From NCBI GenBank assembly GCA_039680295.1, contig JBDKTF010000538.1:1-30829 (forward strand): a stretch of DNA of 30,829 bases. Reading direction: 5' to 3'. The first letter of the stretch is position 1. The number at the start of each line of letters is the position of its first letter. Origin of the DNA: Anaerolineaceae bacterium (GTDB lineage Bacteria > Chloroflexota > Anaerolineae > Anaerolineales > Anaerolineaceae). The translations under genes were made by a program, and so were the position numbers. The notes below the pieces were generated by a model. It did not search any database, was not told where the DNA came from, and was given only the letters and a program-made list of their open reading frames with translations. Positions 1 to 8,554 of this stretch are shown here, in pieces.

Positions 1-215
1 ACCGGCAATTTCTCTTCTGGATATTGAACGGTAAATACACCCTTCTGGGAAGCGCTGGAACGGTACGCCACGCCTTCCGGGTTGTAATATCGCTTCCCCA
101 GCCAACGGATATCATCGATATAGGTACTGATGAGATGCCGGAAGGTCACCCCAAGCCCCTGGATAATTCCCCATCCCGCGATCTGCTTTTTGGGATGTTT
201 TGTTTGTTGTGTCAT
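1..215 (-). CDS. nuoI: NADH-quinone oxidoreductase subunit I, 5' part only (runs off the window edge; absent from the ORF track)
   Basis: ATG at 215 (minus strand), 8 nt after the nuoCD stop. Hand translation gives MTQQTKHPKKQIAGWGIIQGLGVTFRHL...GVFTVQYPEEKLP, with the NuoI N-terminal TxxYPEE motif; open to the edge. Confidence 0.85.
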   Translation of the reverse strand, partial: MTQQTKHPKKQIAGWGIIQGLGVTFRHLISTYIDDIRWLGKRYYNPEGVAYRSSASQKGVFTVQYPEEKLP

Positions 216-223
216 GCTACACC

Positions 224-1966
224 TCACCGATCCACTTCGCCCAGAACAATATCAATCGATCCAAGTACGGTCACCACATCCGCAATTTTGATACCCTGCG
301 ACATGGTAGACAACCCGGTCAGATTTATAAAAGATGGGGCTCGAACATGGTAGCGCGCCGGATTGGGCTTGCCGTTGGAAACGACGTAGAAACCCAGCTC
401 GCCTTTCGGGCTCTCCACTCTGCCGTAGGATTCACCCGCAGGGACCCGTACCTGGTATGCCGGTTTTCCATTCATGATCGGACCTTCTGGAATGTCACGC
501 ACAACCTGCTTCAAAATGCGAATACTCTGACGCATTTCATCAATGCGCTGCACGAAACGATCGTAAATATCACCGTTCGACTGCACCGGGATATCGAATT
601 CAAAACGGTCGTAGATGCTGTATGGTTCTGCCCGGCGAACGTCATAGGGAATACCCGTAGCCCTCAGGAGAGGTCCTGTGACCGATAATGACAGCGCCTG
701 TTCCGCAGTCAGCGCTCCCACACCCTCGGTTCTACCTTTAACAATTTCATTATCTGCCAGATAACGCGCCAGATCATCAATTTTCCGGGGTAAACGATCG
801 TAAACCAGATCGTGTACTTTTTCCAGAACACCCTCTGGTAAATCATGGGCGACGCCCCCAAAGCGGAAATAATTACACATCATACGCGAGCCAGAGGCGG
901 CTTCAAAAATATCCAGGATCAATTCACGTTCTTCCAACGCGAAAAGGGACGGGGTGTAATACGCGCCCAGATCATTCAGCAGGAACCCGGTAGCAACCAG
1001 ATGACTTGCAATACGCGTGAGTTCTGCCATCATGACACGCAGATATTCTGCCCGTTCTGGGGGAGTAATGCCCATCAGTTTTTCCACAGTGATCGCGTAC
1101 CCGAAGTTATTGCTCATGGAGCAGATATAGTCCAGGCGGTCGGTATACGGCATGTTCTGTAAGAAGGTGTTCCGTTCACCGATTTTTTCGTGGTTCCGGT
1201 GCAGATAACCCATCACTGGTTTCAACGCCCGAACCGTTTCACCTTCAAGCGACACTACCATGCGAAAAACACCATGCGTGGAAGGATGTTGCGGACCAAA
1301 ATTCACGACCAGCTGATCGGTCTTCAATTCCGACCCGCTGGATTCCACCATCTTCTGCAGGTTGCTGTAGAGCAATTCGTCTTTTTCGGGGACCCATTGT
1401 TCGGGGTCAAATCCTTTCGGATATGCCACATTGTCACGAAGCGGCGCCGTGTCCTCGCTGCGGTGAACCTTTCCTTCAGGGTATCGCGCCTTGAACGGTT
1501 TGACATCGTCTTCATAGTAAGGTTCGTGCCAGTCTTTGCGCAGAGGGTACCCCTCAAAACCTTCCCATAACAGGATACGCCGCAGATCGGGGTGACCTTC
1601 AAACCGAATCCCCAGCAGATCCCAGGCTTCTCGTTCCTGAAATTCAGTGCCCGGATAAATTCCTGTCAATGTCGGCACGAGGGCTGAATCGCGCGGGGTG
1701 AAAACCTTAAATTCCAAAGCCGGTCCACCAATTGTTTTAAAAGCATGGTAAACCACCTCCATGCGGTCCTGGGGATAATCATCCACCCCGGTAAGCGATG
1801 AAAGGTAATCGTACCCAAGCTCATCCCGTAAGATCCGGGCAAATTCCTGAACGCGGTCGGTTTGCACCACATAACCCTGGTATCCAGGGCGATCGTCCTT
1901 TGTTACCCATTCCGAAAAACGTTCTGACAGGTCCTGCACGCCAGTTTCGACGGCTGCGTCACTCAT
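224..1966 (-). CDS. nuoCD: Fused NADH-quinone oxidoreductase subunit C/D (~580 aa)
   Basis: NuoC motifs [22 protein letters not shown] and YPLRKD. NuoD motifs [32 protein letters not shown] and a [10 protein letters not shown]-terminus. Start moved from 2050 to ATG 1966 (AGGAGG RBS; ATGAGTGA overlap with the nuoB stop). Confidence 0.93.
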   Translation of the reverse strand: MSDAAVETGVQDLSERFSEWVTKDDRPGYQGYVVQTDRVQEFARILRDELGYDYLSSLTGVDDYPQDRMEVVYHAFKTIGGPALEFKVFTPRDSALVPTLTGIYPGTEFQEREAWDLLGIRFEGHPDLRRILLWEGFEGYPLRKDWHEPYYEDDVKPFKARYPEGKVHRSEDTAPLRDNVAYPKGFDPEQWVPEKDELLYSNLQKMVESSGSELKTDQLVVNFGPQHPSTHGVFRMVVSLEGETVRALKPVMGYLHRNHEKIGERNTFLQNMPYTDRLDYICSMSNNFGYAITVEKLMGITPPERAEYLRVMMAELTRIASHLVATGFLLNDLGAYYTPSLFALEERELILDIFEAASGSRMMCNYFRFGGVAHDLPEGVLEKVHDLVYDRLPRKIDDLARYLADNEIVKGRTEGVGALTAEQALSLSVTGPLLRATGIPYDVRRAEPYSIYDRFEFDIPVQSNGDIYDRFVQRIDEMRQSIRILKQVVRDIPEGPIMNGKPAYQVRVPAGESYGRVESPKGELGFYVVSNGKPNPARYHVRAPSFINLTGLSTMSQGIKIADVVTVLGSIDIVLGEVDR

Positions 1967-2633
1967 GCGATTCCTCCTGACTGGATTGTCCATCCGCTGT
2001 TTCGAGGGCACCCTGTTCGACGCGATGAGTCTCCGCGGTAATTTCCGCATACCGACGTGGATCCATCAAATCGGGTCCCAGAACTGGAACCGGTATTTCT
2101 GGAATCGCTTCCTTGCCGTACCAGCGCACCGTCTTCAACGATTCGTGATCGATCTTCTTCTGCAGGCTTATCAATCCGTTCATCAGCGCCTGAGGGGTGG
2201 GAGGGCAGCCGGGAATATATACATCCACCGGAATAAATTTATCCACACCAGATACCACGTTATACCCCTCTTTAAAGGGTCCTCCTCCAGATGCGCATGC
2301 GCCCATGGCAATGACGTATTTGGGTTCTGGCATCTGGTTATATAGGCGAACGATTTGTGGGATCATCTTCTTGGTAACTGTACCCGCGACAATCATCACA
2401 TCGCTCTGCCGTGGAGAAGGTCGCATCACTTCCATGCCAAATCTGGCGAGGTCGTAGCGGCTGGCAGCGGCGGCGATCATCTCAAACGCGCAGCATGCCA
2501 ATCCGAACAGCATCGGCCAGAGAGATGACCGCCGACTCCAGTTATAGATTTCATCCAATTTTGTAATCGTGATCTGGTTTTGTAACTCAGGGGGGATATC
2601 ATATCCAAGGGTATTCAACTCGTTAACACTCAT
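1959..2633 (-). CDS. nuoB: NADH-quinone oxidoreductase subunit B (~224 aa)
   Basis: [23 protein letters not shown] and IPGCPP motifs (N2 cluster ligands). Start moved to ATG 2633, which has a purine-rich RBS (GGAGAGAGG). Confidence 0.95.
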   Translation of the reverse strand: MSVNELNTLGYDIPPELQNQITITKLDEIYNWSRRSSLWPMLFGLACCAFEMIAAAASRYDLARFGMEVMRPSPRQSDVMIVAGTVTKKMIPQIVRLYNQMPEPKYVIAMGACASGGGPFKEGYNVVSGVDKFIPVDVYIPGCPPTPQALMNGLISLQKKIDHESLKTVRWYGKEAIPEIPVPVLGPDLMDPRRYAEITAETHRVEQGALETADGQSSQEESHE

Positions 2634-2720
2634 CCTTTGCCTCTCTCCATAATGTTGCTTCTTAAGGCAGGGACAACCCGGTAAAATATACATAATTGGA
2701 CCCGGGTGCTCTACATTGGA

Positions 2721-2749
2721 ATTGTATCTTTGGACGCGCCGGCTGTCAA
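2721..2749 (-). promoter_or_regulatory. Sigma70-type promoter for the nuoB operon
   Basis: The minus strand reads TTGACA-17 nt-TACAAT, about 90 nt upstream of the nuoB ATG. Confidence 0.8.
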
Positions 2750-2806
2750 GCCTTATTTTTGTGAATATATATTGTCTTTATTCGATTTTTATGGTAGGAT
2801 ATTTCT

Positions 2807-3397
2807 ATGAACCAGACGCAACGGGCAATTATTCATGAGATGAAAAAGCATCCGTCGATCACCAGCGCCGAACTTGCCCGGATTCTGGAACTTACGCCTT
2901 CTGATATTCGCCACCACCTGGCAGGGCTGCTGGCAGAGGGCTGGGTGGTCATGACAGACGAACAACCCGCGAAAGGGCGTGGTCGTCCGGCGCACCGTTA
3001 CCAGTTGGGCAGCCGCGCAAAATCCGAGGCAATATCTTCTCTGCTTCAAGCCGTGATGAAAGCAACCATTCTGACGCTGCCTGAAAACGAACAAACCGCC
3101 GCACTCCATCGCGTAGCAGAATCGCTGGCTGGATCAACACCTCCCTCACCCTCAATGAGCATATCGCTGACCCGAACCGTCAATCGACTGAATGAATTGG
3201 GATATCGGGCACGTTGGGAAGCACGCGCCGGAGCGCCAAGGATCTACCTGGATTATTCCCCCTACGAAAACATTGCGAAACAGATCCCGCTTCTACAAAC
3301 TTTCGATGCCATTCTCCTTGAAAATCTGTTGCAACGTCCGGTACGCCAGGATTCGACCGAAATAAACCAAAAATATCATTCATTTCTGGTGGGTTAA
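2807..3397 (+). CDS. Winged-helix transcriptional regulator, COG2345/SufR-like
   Basis: N-terminal HTH (TSAELARILELTPSDIRHHLAGL) followed by GRGRPAHRY. The C-terminal LNELGY...SPY...LLENLL pattern matches this family. Confidence 0.75.
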   Translation: MNQTQRAIIHEMKKHPSITSAELARILELTPSDIRHHLAGLLAEGWVVMTDEQPAKGRGRPAHRYQLGSRAKSEAISSLLQAVMKATILTLPENEQTAALHRVAESLAGSTPPSPSMSISLTRTVNRLNELGYRARWEARAGAPRIYLDYSPYENIAKQIPLLQTFDAILLENLLQRPVRQDSTEINQKYHSFLVG

Positions 3398-3432
3398 CGT
3401 GATAGAATACCGCCGGAAAGGATCAATCCCCC

Positions 3433-3810
3433 ATGTGGATCACCTTATTACGTGCAAAACTTCACCGCGCCACCGTTACAGACGCGAATATTCAATACAC
3501 AGGCAGCATTTCCATCGATACCAATTTATTGGAAACTTCCGGGATGATGGCTTATGAAAAAGTGCTGGTCGTCGACGTAGAGAACGGACAACGCTTTGAA
3601 ACTTATATCATCCCCGCCAAGGCTGGGTCTGGAGCAATCCAGGTGAATGGAGCCGCAGCCCGTCTGGTGAGCATCGGCGATCATGTCATCATCATGGCAT
3701 TTGCTGGGGTTGAATTGCCCGCGCCGTCAGATTGGAAACCGCGTGTGGTATTGTTGGATGCCGCCAACCACCCCACCGGTCTGGCAGCAGAAGACCCGGG
3801 TGAAGACTAG
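3433..3810 (+). CDS. panD: Aspartate 1-decarboxylase
   Basis: AKLHRATVT, YTG|SISID self-cleavage site, NGQRFETY, NGAAARL. Confidence 0.97.
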   Translation: MWITLLRAKLHRATVTDANIQYTGSISIDTNLLETSGMMAYEKVLVVDVENGQRFETYIIPAKAGSGAIQVNGAAARLVSIGDHVIIMAFAGVELPAPSDWKPRVVLLDAANHPTGLAAEDPGED

Positions 3811-5147
3811 TACTTGTAGCTGCTTCCGCCAATAAACTCCCGGATCACTGAAGTGGATGGAATGATTGAGTCATCCATCACGGGCGCAACGGTTCGCAAC
3901 AAAGCATTCACCCGGATGGCGCGTTCGAATGCGTCTTGCCGCAAGGGGTCCTTTGCCAGTTCCACAGACCACTGCTCAAAATGTGTTGACAGACGTGGTT
4001 GATAAAGCGATAACTCATAAGGCATGGCGGAATTAATAATGTAATCCACGCTGTTATTCTGGGGAATGATATTCCGCATTTCACTGCTGCGCACATAATG
4101 CCAGTGTTCCAATGTTTGAAGGGGTTCATAAGCACGATGAGCAGCGTCTCGCAACATGCGGCGCATCATACGAATATCCGCCCAACGCACATACTTACCA
4201 TCGCTGCCTTTCATTTGCAGCAACGGTTCCAGATATAACTTGAATTTTTGTTCCGGCGGGATGGAGCGCGTCATCGGCGGGTATAAACCATGCAGGCTGT
4301 CAATCAGTAGAATTTCATTCTTTTTCAAACGCATCGGAGTCTGATTGTCAAAACGATGTCCGGTTTTGAAATCATAATAAGGGATCAGCACTTCCTCGCC
4401 CGACACCAACCGCTTGAAATGCTGATCGATTAACTCCAGATCCAACGCCTGCGGCGTTTCAAAATCATAATCGCCAAATTCATCCTTTGGGTGCATTTCC
4501 AGATCGAAGAAATAGTTATCAACATTAATCGCCACCAGCTTCAATTTTATCTTCCGCAGCCGCTCACCCAGTTTGATGGTCGTGGTGGTTTTTCCCGAAG
4601 ATGAAGGTCCGCTGATAAAGACCATCCGCACATCCTTCCGCCGGGCGTCAATCATCTCAACCGCATTTTCGACATCCTCTTCATACGCTGCTTCGGATAT
4701 GCGCACTATTTCTGGCAGCTCACCCCGCACAAGCCGTTGATTGTAACTATCCACCGTGTGCACGCCGTTGCTCACTGCCCAGTCCAGGATGTGCCAGATC
4801 TTCGCCCATGGGATGTTTCCTGATGGGCTGGAAGCTCGATCTGCGCGCTCGCGTCGCCGGCGGGCGCGTTCATCCCGATAGAGGATGTACGCCTTCGCCA
4901 CTTTGGCGTGTCCATTTTCGATTAATACTTTTTCAACAATATCCTGGATTTCTTCGATATCTGGAATGTGCCCTTCAGGCGTTGTCGCTTCCAGAATACG
5001 CACCACTTCCTGACTGAGTGCTTCCGCCGTCTGGCGATCCCGTCCACCGACCGCCACCGCTGCCCGATAGATGGCATTGGTGATCCGCTCCGGAGTAAAC
5101 GGTACCACAGCGCCTGTTCGCTTGACAACCTGCTGAATTTTTGCCAT
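3807..5147 (-). CDS. ATP-cone domain plus uridine-kinase-like (PRK/UK family) P-loop kinase
   Basis: N-terminal VVKRTG...EEIQDIVEKVL...AKAYILYR (ATP cone). Walker A SGPSSSGKTT, then DNYF, DFETPQALD and RRMLRD, typical of uridine-kinase-like proteins. Confidence 0.8.
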   Translation of the reverse strand: MAKIQQVVKRTGAVVPFTPERITNAIYRAAVAVGGRDRQTAEALSQEVVRILEATTPEGHIPDIEEIQDIVEKVLIENGHAKVAKAYILYRDERARRRRERADRASSPSGNIPWAKIWHILDWAVSNGVHTVDSYNQRLVRGELPEIVRISEAAYEEDVENAVEMIDARRKDVRMVFISGPSSSGKTTTTIKLGERLRKIKLKLVAINVDNYFFDLEMHPKDEFGDYDFETPQALDLELIDQHFKRLVSGEEVLIPYYDFKTGHRFDNQTPMRLKKNEILLIDSLHGLYPPMTRSIPPEQKFKLYLEPLLQMKGSDGKYVRWADIRMMRRMLRDAAHRAYEPLQTLEHWHYVRSSEMRNIIPQNNSVDYIINSAMPYELSLYQPRLSTHFEQWSVELAKDPLRQDAFERAIRVNALLRTVAPVMDDSIIPSTSVIREFIGGSSYKY

Positions 5148-5240
5148 ACATCCTCCAGAACATTCGGGAAGCGATCACCATTTTCCTACACGCATATTAT
5201 ACAATAGCGGTCCGTCACCTGGTTCAGTAATTTGAATCAA

Positions 5241-5271
5241 ACACAGGGATGCCGCCGGGACATCCCTGTGT
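5241..5271 (-). terminator. Probable intrinsic terminator after the DUF4342 gene
   Basis: Perfect 11-bp inverted repeat ACACAGGGATG/CATCCCTGTGT, 24 nt past the stop, with a short T-rich tail on the minus strand. Confidence 0.65.
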
Positions 5272-5294
5272 ATCGCAGATCAGATTGTTTCAGT

Positions 5295-5582
5295 TCATGA
5301 AGGATCGACGGTTTGATCTTTCGCCGGTGCTGCATCCACCCGTTCCACACCAATGGTCAGATTGACCGCCAGCGCAGCGATGGCGCCAATGGCAGCCCAG
5401 ACCGGCAGCAGCACAGCGCCCACGACGCCAATCGTGAGTGGAACCTCAATCAGGGTTTCTCCCTGTTCGTTCTTGATCACCAGACGACGCACATTGCCTT
5501 CGTGGAGCAGTTCTTTTACCGTCGCAATGACTGCATCACCATCCACCTTGAATTCTTCGTAACGAACTTTTTCATCCGCCAT
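5295..5582 (-). CDS. DUF4342 family small protein
   Basis: VKELLHEGNVRRLVIK..GETLIEVPLTIGV..AVLLPVWAAIGAIAAL pattern; GGAGGT RBS. Confidence 0.85.
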   Translation of the reverse strand: MADEKVRYEEFKVDGDAVIATVKELLHEGNVRRLVIKNEQGETLIEVPLTIGVVGAVLLPVWAAIGAIAALAVNLTIGVERVDAAPAKDQTVDPS

Positions 5583-5591
5583 TTCTACCTC

Positions 5592-6341
5592 CTATTCAGT
5601 CATACTTTGATCATCCAGCTCGGTTGGTGCTGTTTCAGTTTGTGAAGCGTTGGCATTCACTGAAGGTTGATCCGTTGCAGGTGTTCCGGGAACTACCGCC
5701 GGGGGTTGGGTCTGCACATTGGAGGCGCTGCTTCCGAGCAATACCCGCGCCAACTGCCCGGAAATGTACGCCAACCCATTGAAGACATGCAGCGAAGCAA
5801 ACAAAATCAACATTCCCAACAGGCTCACGCCCACGGCTTCAGTCATACTCCCCAGTTCCCACCCGCCGAATTGAACATATCCATACGGGTATAAAACCGG
5901 GGTCAGAATGAGACCGCCCGAAAGCGAGATCAACGTCACCACGACCACAAAGGAAACGATGCCCATGGGAAACTTGAGGAAAAGATACAACAAACCCTTC
6001 CAGGTGCCTGAATCAGAAATATAGGTTTTGAATTTCTCCCATAGATTCATCGAATGGGTGGATTTATGCATCATGGGGGGAATATCCACATGCAGCAGCT
6101 TGATTGCCTGCCAGCGTTCGAAATACGCCAGACCCACCCAGGCTGCGAACATACCCACCAGGATCAAAATTCCGATCCAGAGAATGAATAAGCCCACGCC
6201 CAAAGAGAGCCCGGTCACCAGGAAGATAAAATAGAACAAACCGAGGGGAAATGCCAGAAGCAAATAGATCAGATTTAGATAGGTCTGTCCTTGGGCAATC
6301 ACCCCAAAGAATCGCTCCCAGCCGCTTTTTTCAGAATTCAT
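5592..6341 (-). CDS. Stand-alone 'putative sensor' domain membrane protein (PF13796-like, about 4 TM segments)
   Basis: YLLLAFPLG, ERWQAIKLL and WKGLLYLFLKFPMGI motifs with hydrophobic helices; low-complexity P/T/Q tail. Start moved to ATG 6341 (AAGGAG RBS). Confidence 0.75.
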   Translation of the reverse strand: MNSEKSGWERFFGVIAQGQTYLNLIYLLLAFPLGLFYFIFLVTGLSLGVGLFILWIGILILVGMFAAWVGLAYFERWQAIKLLHVDIPPMMHKSTHSMNLWEKFKTYISDSGTWKGLLYLFLKFPMGIVSFVVVVTLISLSGGLILTPVLYPYGYVQFGGWELGSMTEAVGVSLLGMLILFASLHVFNGLAYISGQLARVLLGSSASNVQTQPPAVVPGTPATDQPSVNANASQTETAPTELDDQSMTE

Positions 6342-6426
6342 TTCAAACACTCCTTGCCTTTTTGCATCTTCAACGTACATTGTTCTATGAAGATTTACGC
6401 AGAAAAGCGCAAGAAGTTGCACACTT

Positions 6427-6969
6427 TTATTGGCTCTGTCGTTCGCGCCACTCGTCTTCCAGAATGCTCATCAGGTAGCTGCTCCAATACTGTTCCCCCA
6501 CACGCCGATAATCGCGCAAATGTCCTTCAATGACAAATCCAACCTTTTGATAAGCATGGATGGCAGGCTCGTTGAAATCAAATACTTTCAGTTCCATGCG
6601 ATGCAGGTGAAGTTCATCGAATGCGATTTTCAATAACGCATCCACCATCTGCACCCCATACCCCTTGCCCAAATACTGCCGTTCACCGATCAATACTTTG
6701 GAAACCGCCCCGGCGCGGTTGCGCCAATCAATATTATTTAATTCAATATGTCCGATCACTTTGGGTTCGGGGTCGGTGATGGACACCCGATAGATGCGGC
6801 GGATCGCATTTTCCCCCTGTCCGCTCTCCCAATATTTCAACAATTGGATTTCATCAAGTGGGTGAATAAAAAAGGGTCCCGCCCATTGAATGAGAAACTC
6901 TTCTGACCGAACCCAGCTCAATAGCCGTGGTATATCTGTCCTTTGAAATGGTTCCAGTCGAATTTCCAT
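6427..6969 (-). CDS. GNAT N-acetyltransferase, RimJ/RimL family
   Basis: GKGYG acetyl-CoA loop, FNEPAIHAYQKVGF, EGHLR. Confidence 0.9.
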   Translation of the reverse strand: MEIRLEPFQRTDIPRLLSWVRSEEFLIQWAGPFFIHPLDEIQLLKYWESGQGENAIRRIYRVSITDPEPKVIGHIELNNIDWRNRAGAVSKVLIGERQYLGKGYGVQMVDALLKIAFDELHLHRMELKVFDFNEPAIHAYQKVGFVIEGHLRDYRRVGEQYWSSYLMSILEDEWRERQSQ

Positions 6970-7017
6970 ACCGACCCCTTTCCATTTTGTCTGCTAAACG
7001 AAGCCCTGTGTTTGACC

Positions 7018-7551
7018 TCAAGGCTGCTGGTACGATCGCAACCATTGAATGGTAGCTTCCACCTGCCCGGCGCGAAATGAAAACACCTGACGATCAAATT
7101 CGGTTTCAGATTGGTTTTCCTGCCCGTGCAGCGATTCCAACCACTTTTGGGCGGTTTTCTCCTGGGCAAGTAAAAGCGAAGCGAGCTCTTCCTTTCCTTC
7201 CTGTCTGGCGAAATATAGCTTCGCCATAAACTCCATTCGAATGGAACGAGTTTCTTCAACTGGAGAGCGCATCCATCTTAAAAACGTTTCTTCGCCCTGT
7301 GGGGTAAGGTGGTATACTTTGCGCTGTGGATGAGTTACCTGCGCTTCAATATATGCGACTTCAACCAGTCCATCATTCTCCAGCTTGTCAATCAGAGCGT
7401 AGAGTTGACTCTGTTTGATCCGCCATATCAATCCAATACCATGCGGCTGGTTGATATGCTGATAAAGTTCATATCCGTGCATCGGCTGGCGGTGCAGGCA
7501 TCCCAGCAATGCAAACTCAATGGAATATGGAATACGCACCATTGGACTCAT
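7018..7551 (-). CDS. PadR-family transcriptional regulator with C-terminal dimerisation domain
   Basis: LLGCL...MHGYEL, SQLYALIDKLENDG, RKVYHLTPQG. Start moved to ATG 7551 (GGAG RBS). Confidence 0.9.
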   Translation of the reverse strand: MSPMVRIPYSIEFALLGCLHRQPMHGYELYQHINQPHGIGLIWRIKQSQLYALIDKLENDGLVEVAYIEAQVTHPQRKVYHLTPQGEETFLRWMRSPVEETRSIRMEFMAKLYFARQEGKEELASLLLAQEKTAQKWLESLHGQENQSETEFDRQVFSFRAGQVEATIQWLRSYQQP

Positions 7552-7593
7552 AAAAACTCCTTTGCTGTTCTCAAACCCCAACTCACCATCAGA

Positions 7594-7622
7594 ATTATAG
7601 GTTCCACCCAGCCTGTTGTCAA
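7594..7622 (-). promoter_or_regulatory. Consensus sigma70 promoter for padR-GNAT
   Basis: The minus strand reads TTGACA-17 nt-TATAAT exactly. Confidence 0.85.
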
Positions 7623-7672
7623 TTACACCGGTATCTGTGGATATTCAGTTTGTTCGAATAAAAGGTGATCTT

Positions 7673-8551
7673 ATGTCTACAACTTCTCCCACTTCAAATC
7701 CGAAGCGCAAATCGATCACAACGCAGACGTTTTTACAGAAAAAACAACGCGGTGAACGTATATCCATGTTGACGGCTTATGATTATCAGACGGCAATGGC
7801 GGTAGATGAAAGTGGTGTTGATTCGATACTGGTGGGTGATTCGCTCGGTATGGTTGTATTGGGATACGAAAACACGCTTTCGGTTACGATGGAAGATATG
7901 CTGCACCATTGCAAAGCTGTGGCGCGCGGCGCAAAACATGCCCTGCTGGTCGGTGACATGCCCTTTATGACTTATCAGGTCAGTATTCCTGAAGCCGTTC
8001 GCAATGCGGGTGCTTTCTTGCAGCAAGCGAATATGCACGCCGTTAAACTCGAAGGCGGCGTGGAACGCATTCCCACGATTCAAGCCATTCTTTCTGCAGG
8101 CATCCCGGTGATGGGGCACCTGGGTCTGACCCCTCAAAGCGTGCACCGGTTCGGCGGTTTTCGACCGCAGGGAATGAATGTTACGGCAGCGCATCAAATA
8201 CTGGAAGATGCGCTCCGTCTGCAGGATGCCGGTGTTTTCAGCATTGTTCTGGAATCTGTTCCGGCGCGTCTGGCAGCAATGATTTCCAGCCGACTGGAAA
8301 TCCCCACCATTGGGATCGGCGCCGGAGCAGGCTGCGATGGTCAGGTTTTGGTGGTTCATGACATGTTGGGGTTATTCGAACGATTCACTCCCCGCTTTGT
8401 CAAGAAATACGCCAACCTCTACCCCGAAATGATCCAGGCATTCGAAGAATACAAACGTGAAGTAGAAAGTGGTGCTTTCCCCGCCACTGAACATACCGTC
8501 GATCTGCCCGACGACGAGTGGCAGGAATTTTTGAAGACGATTGATGCCTGA
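7673..8551 (+). CDS. panB: 3-methyl-2-oxobutanoate hydroxymethyltransferase
   Basis: MLTAYD, ILVGDSLG, VGDMPF, VKLEGG, GHLGLTPQ, GCDGQVLV. Start placed at ATG 7673 (AAGGTG RBS). Confidence 0.97.
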   Translation: MSTTSPTSNPKRKSITTQTFLQKKQRGERISMLTAYDYQTAMAVDESGVDSILVGDSLGMVVLGYENTLSVTMEDMLHHCKAVARGAKHALLVGDMPFMTYQVSIPEAVRNAGAFLQQANMHAVKLEGGVERIPTIQAILSAGIPVMGHLGLTPQSVHRFGGFRPQGMNVTAAHQILEDALRLQDAGVFSIVLESVPARLAAMISSRLEIPTIGIGAGAGCDGQVLVVHDMLGLFERFTPRFVKKYANLYPEMIQAFEEYKREVESGAFPATEHTVDLPDDEWQEFLKTIDA

Positions 8552-8554
8552 TTC

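Noticed and set aside
224-1966. Group 4 [NiFe]-hydrogenase large subunit
   Set aside because: Neither Ni-binding CxxC motif is present (RLDYICSM at L1; DIVLGEVDR at the C-terminus), and the quinone-site His/Tyr are retained, so this is NuoD-type.
24-2457. Plus-strand ORFs opposite the nuo genes (e.g. 200..688, 1190..1570, 1965..2345)
   Set aside because: Antisense shadows of strongly supported genes, with no motifs or RBS.
2759-2776. Rex operator upstream of the nuoB -35
   Set aside because: Only one half-site (TTGTGAA) matches; the other arm (TATTGTC) does not resemble TTCACAA.
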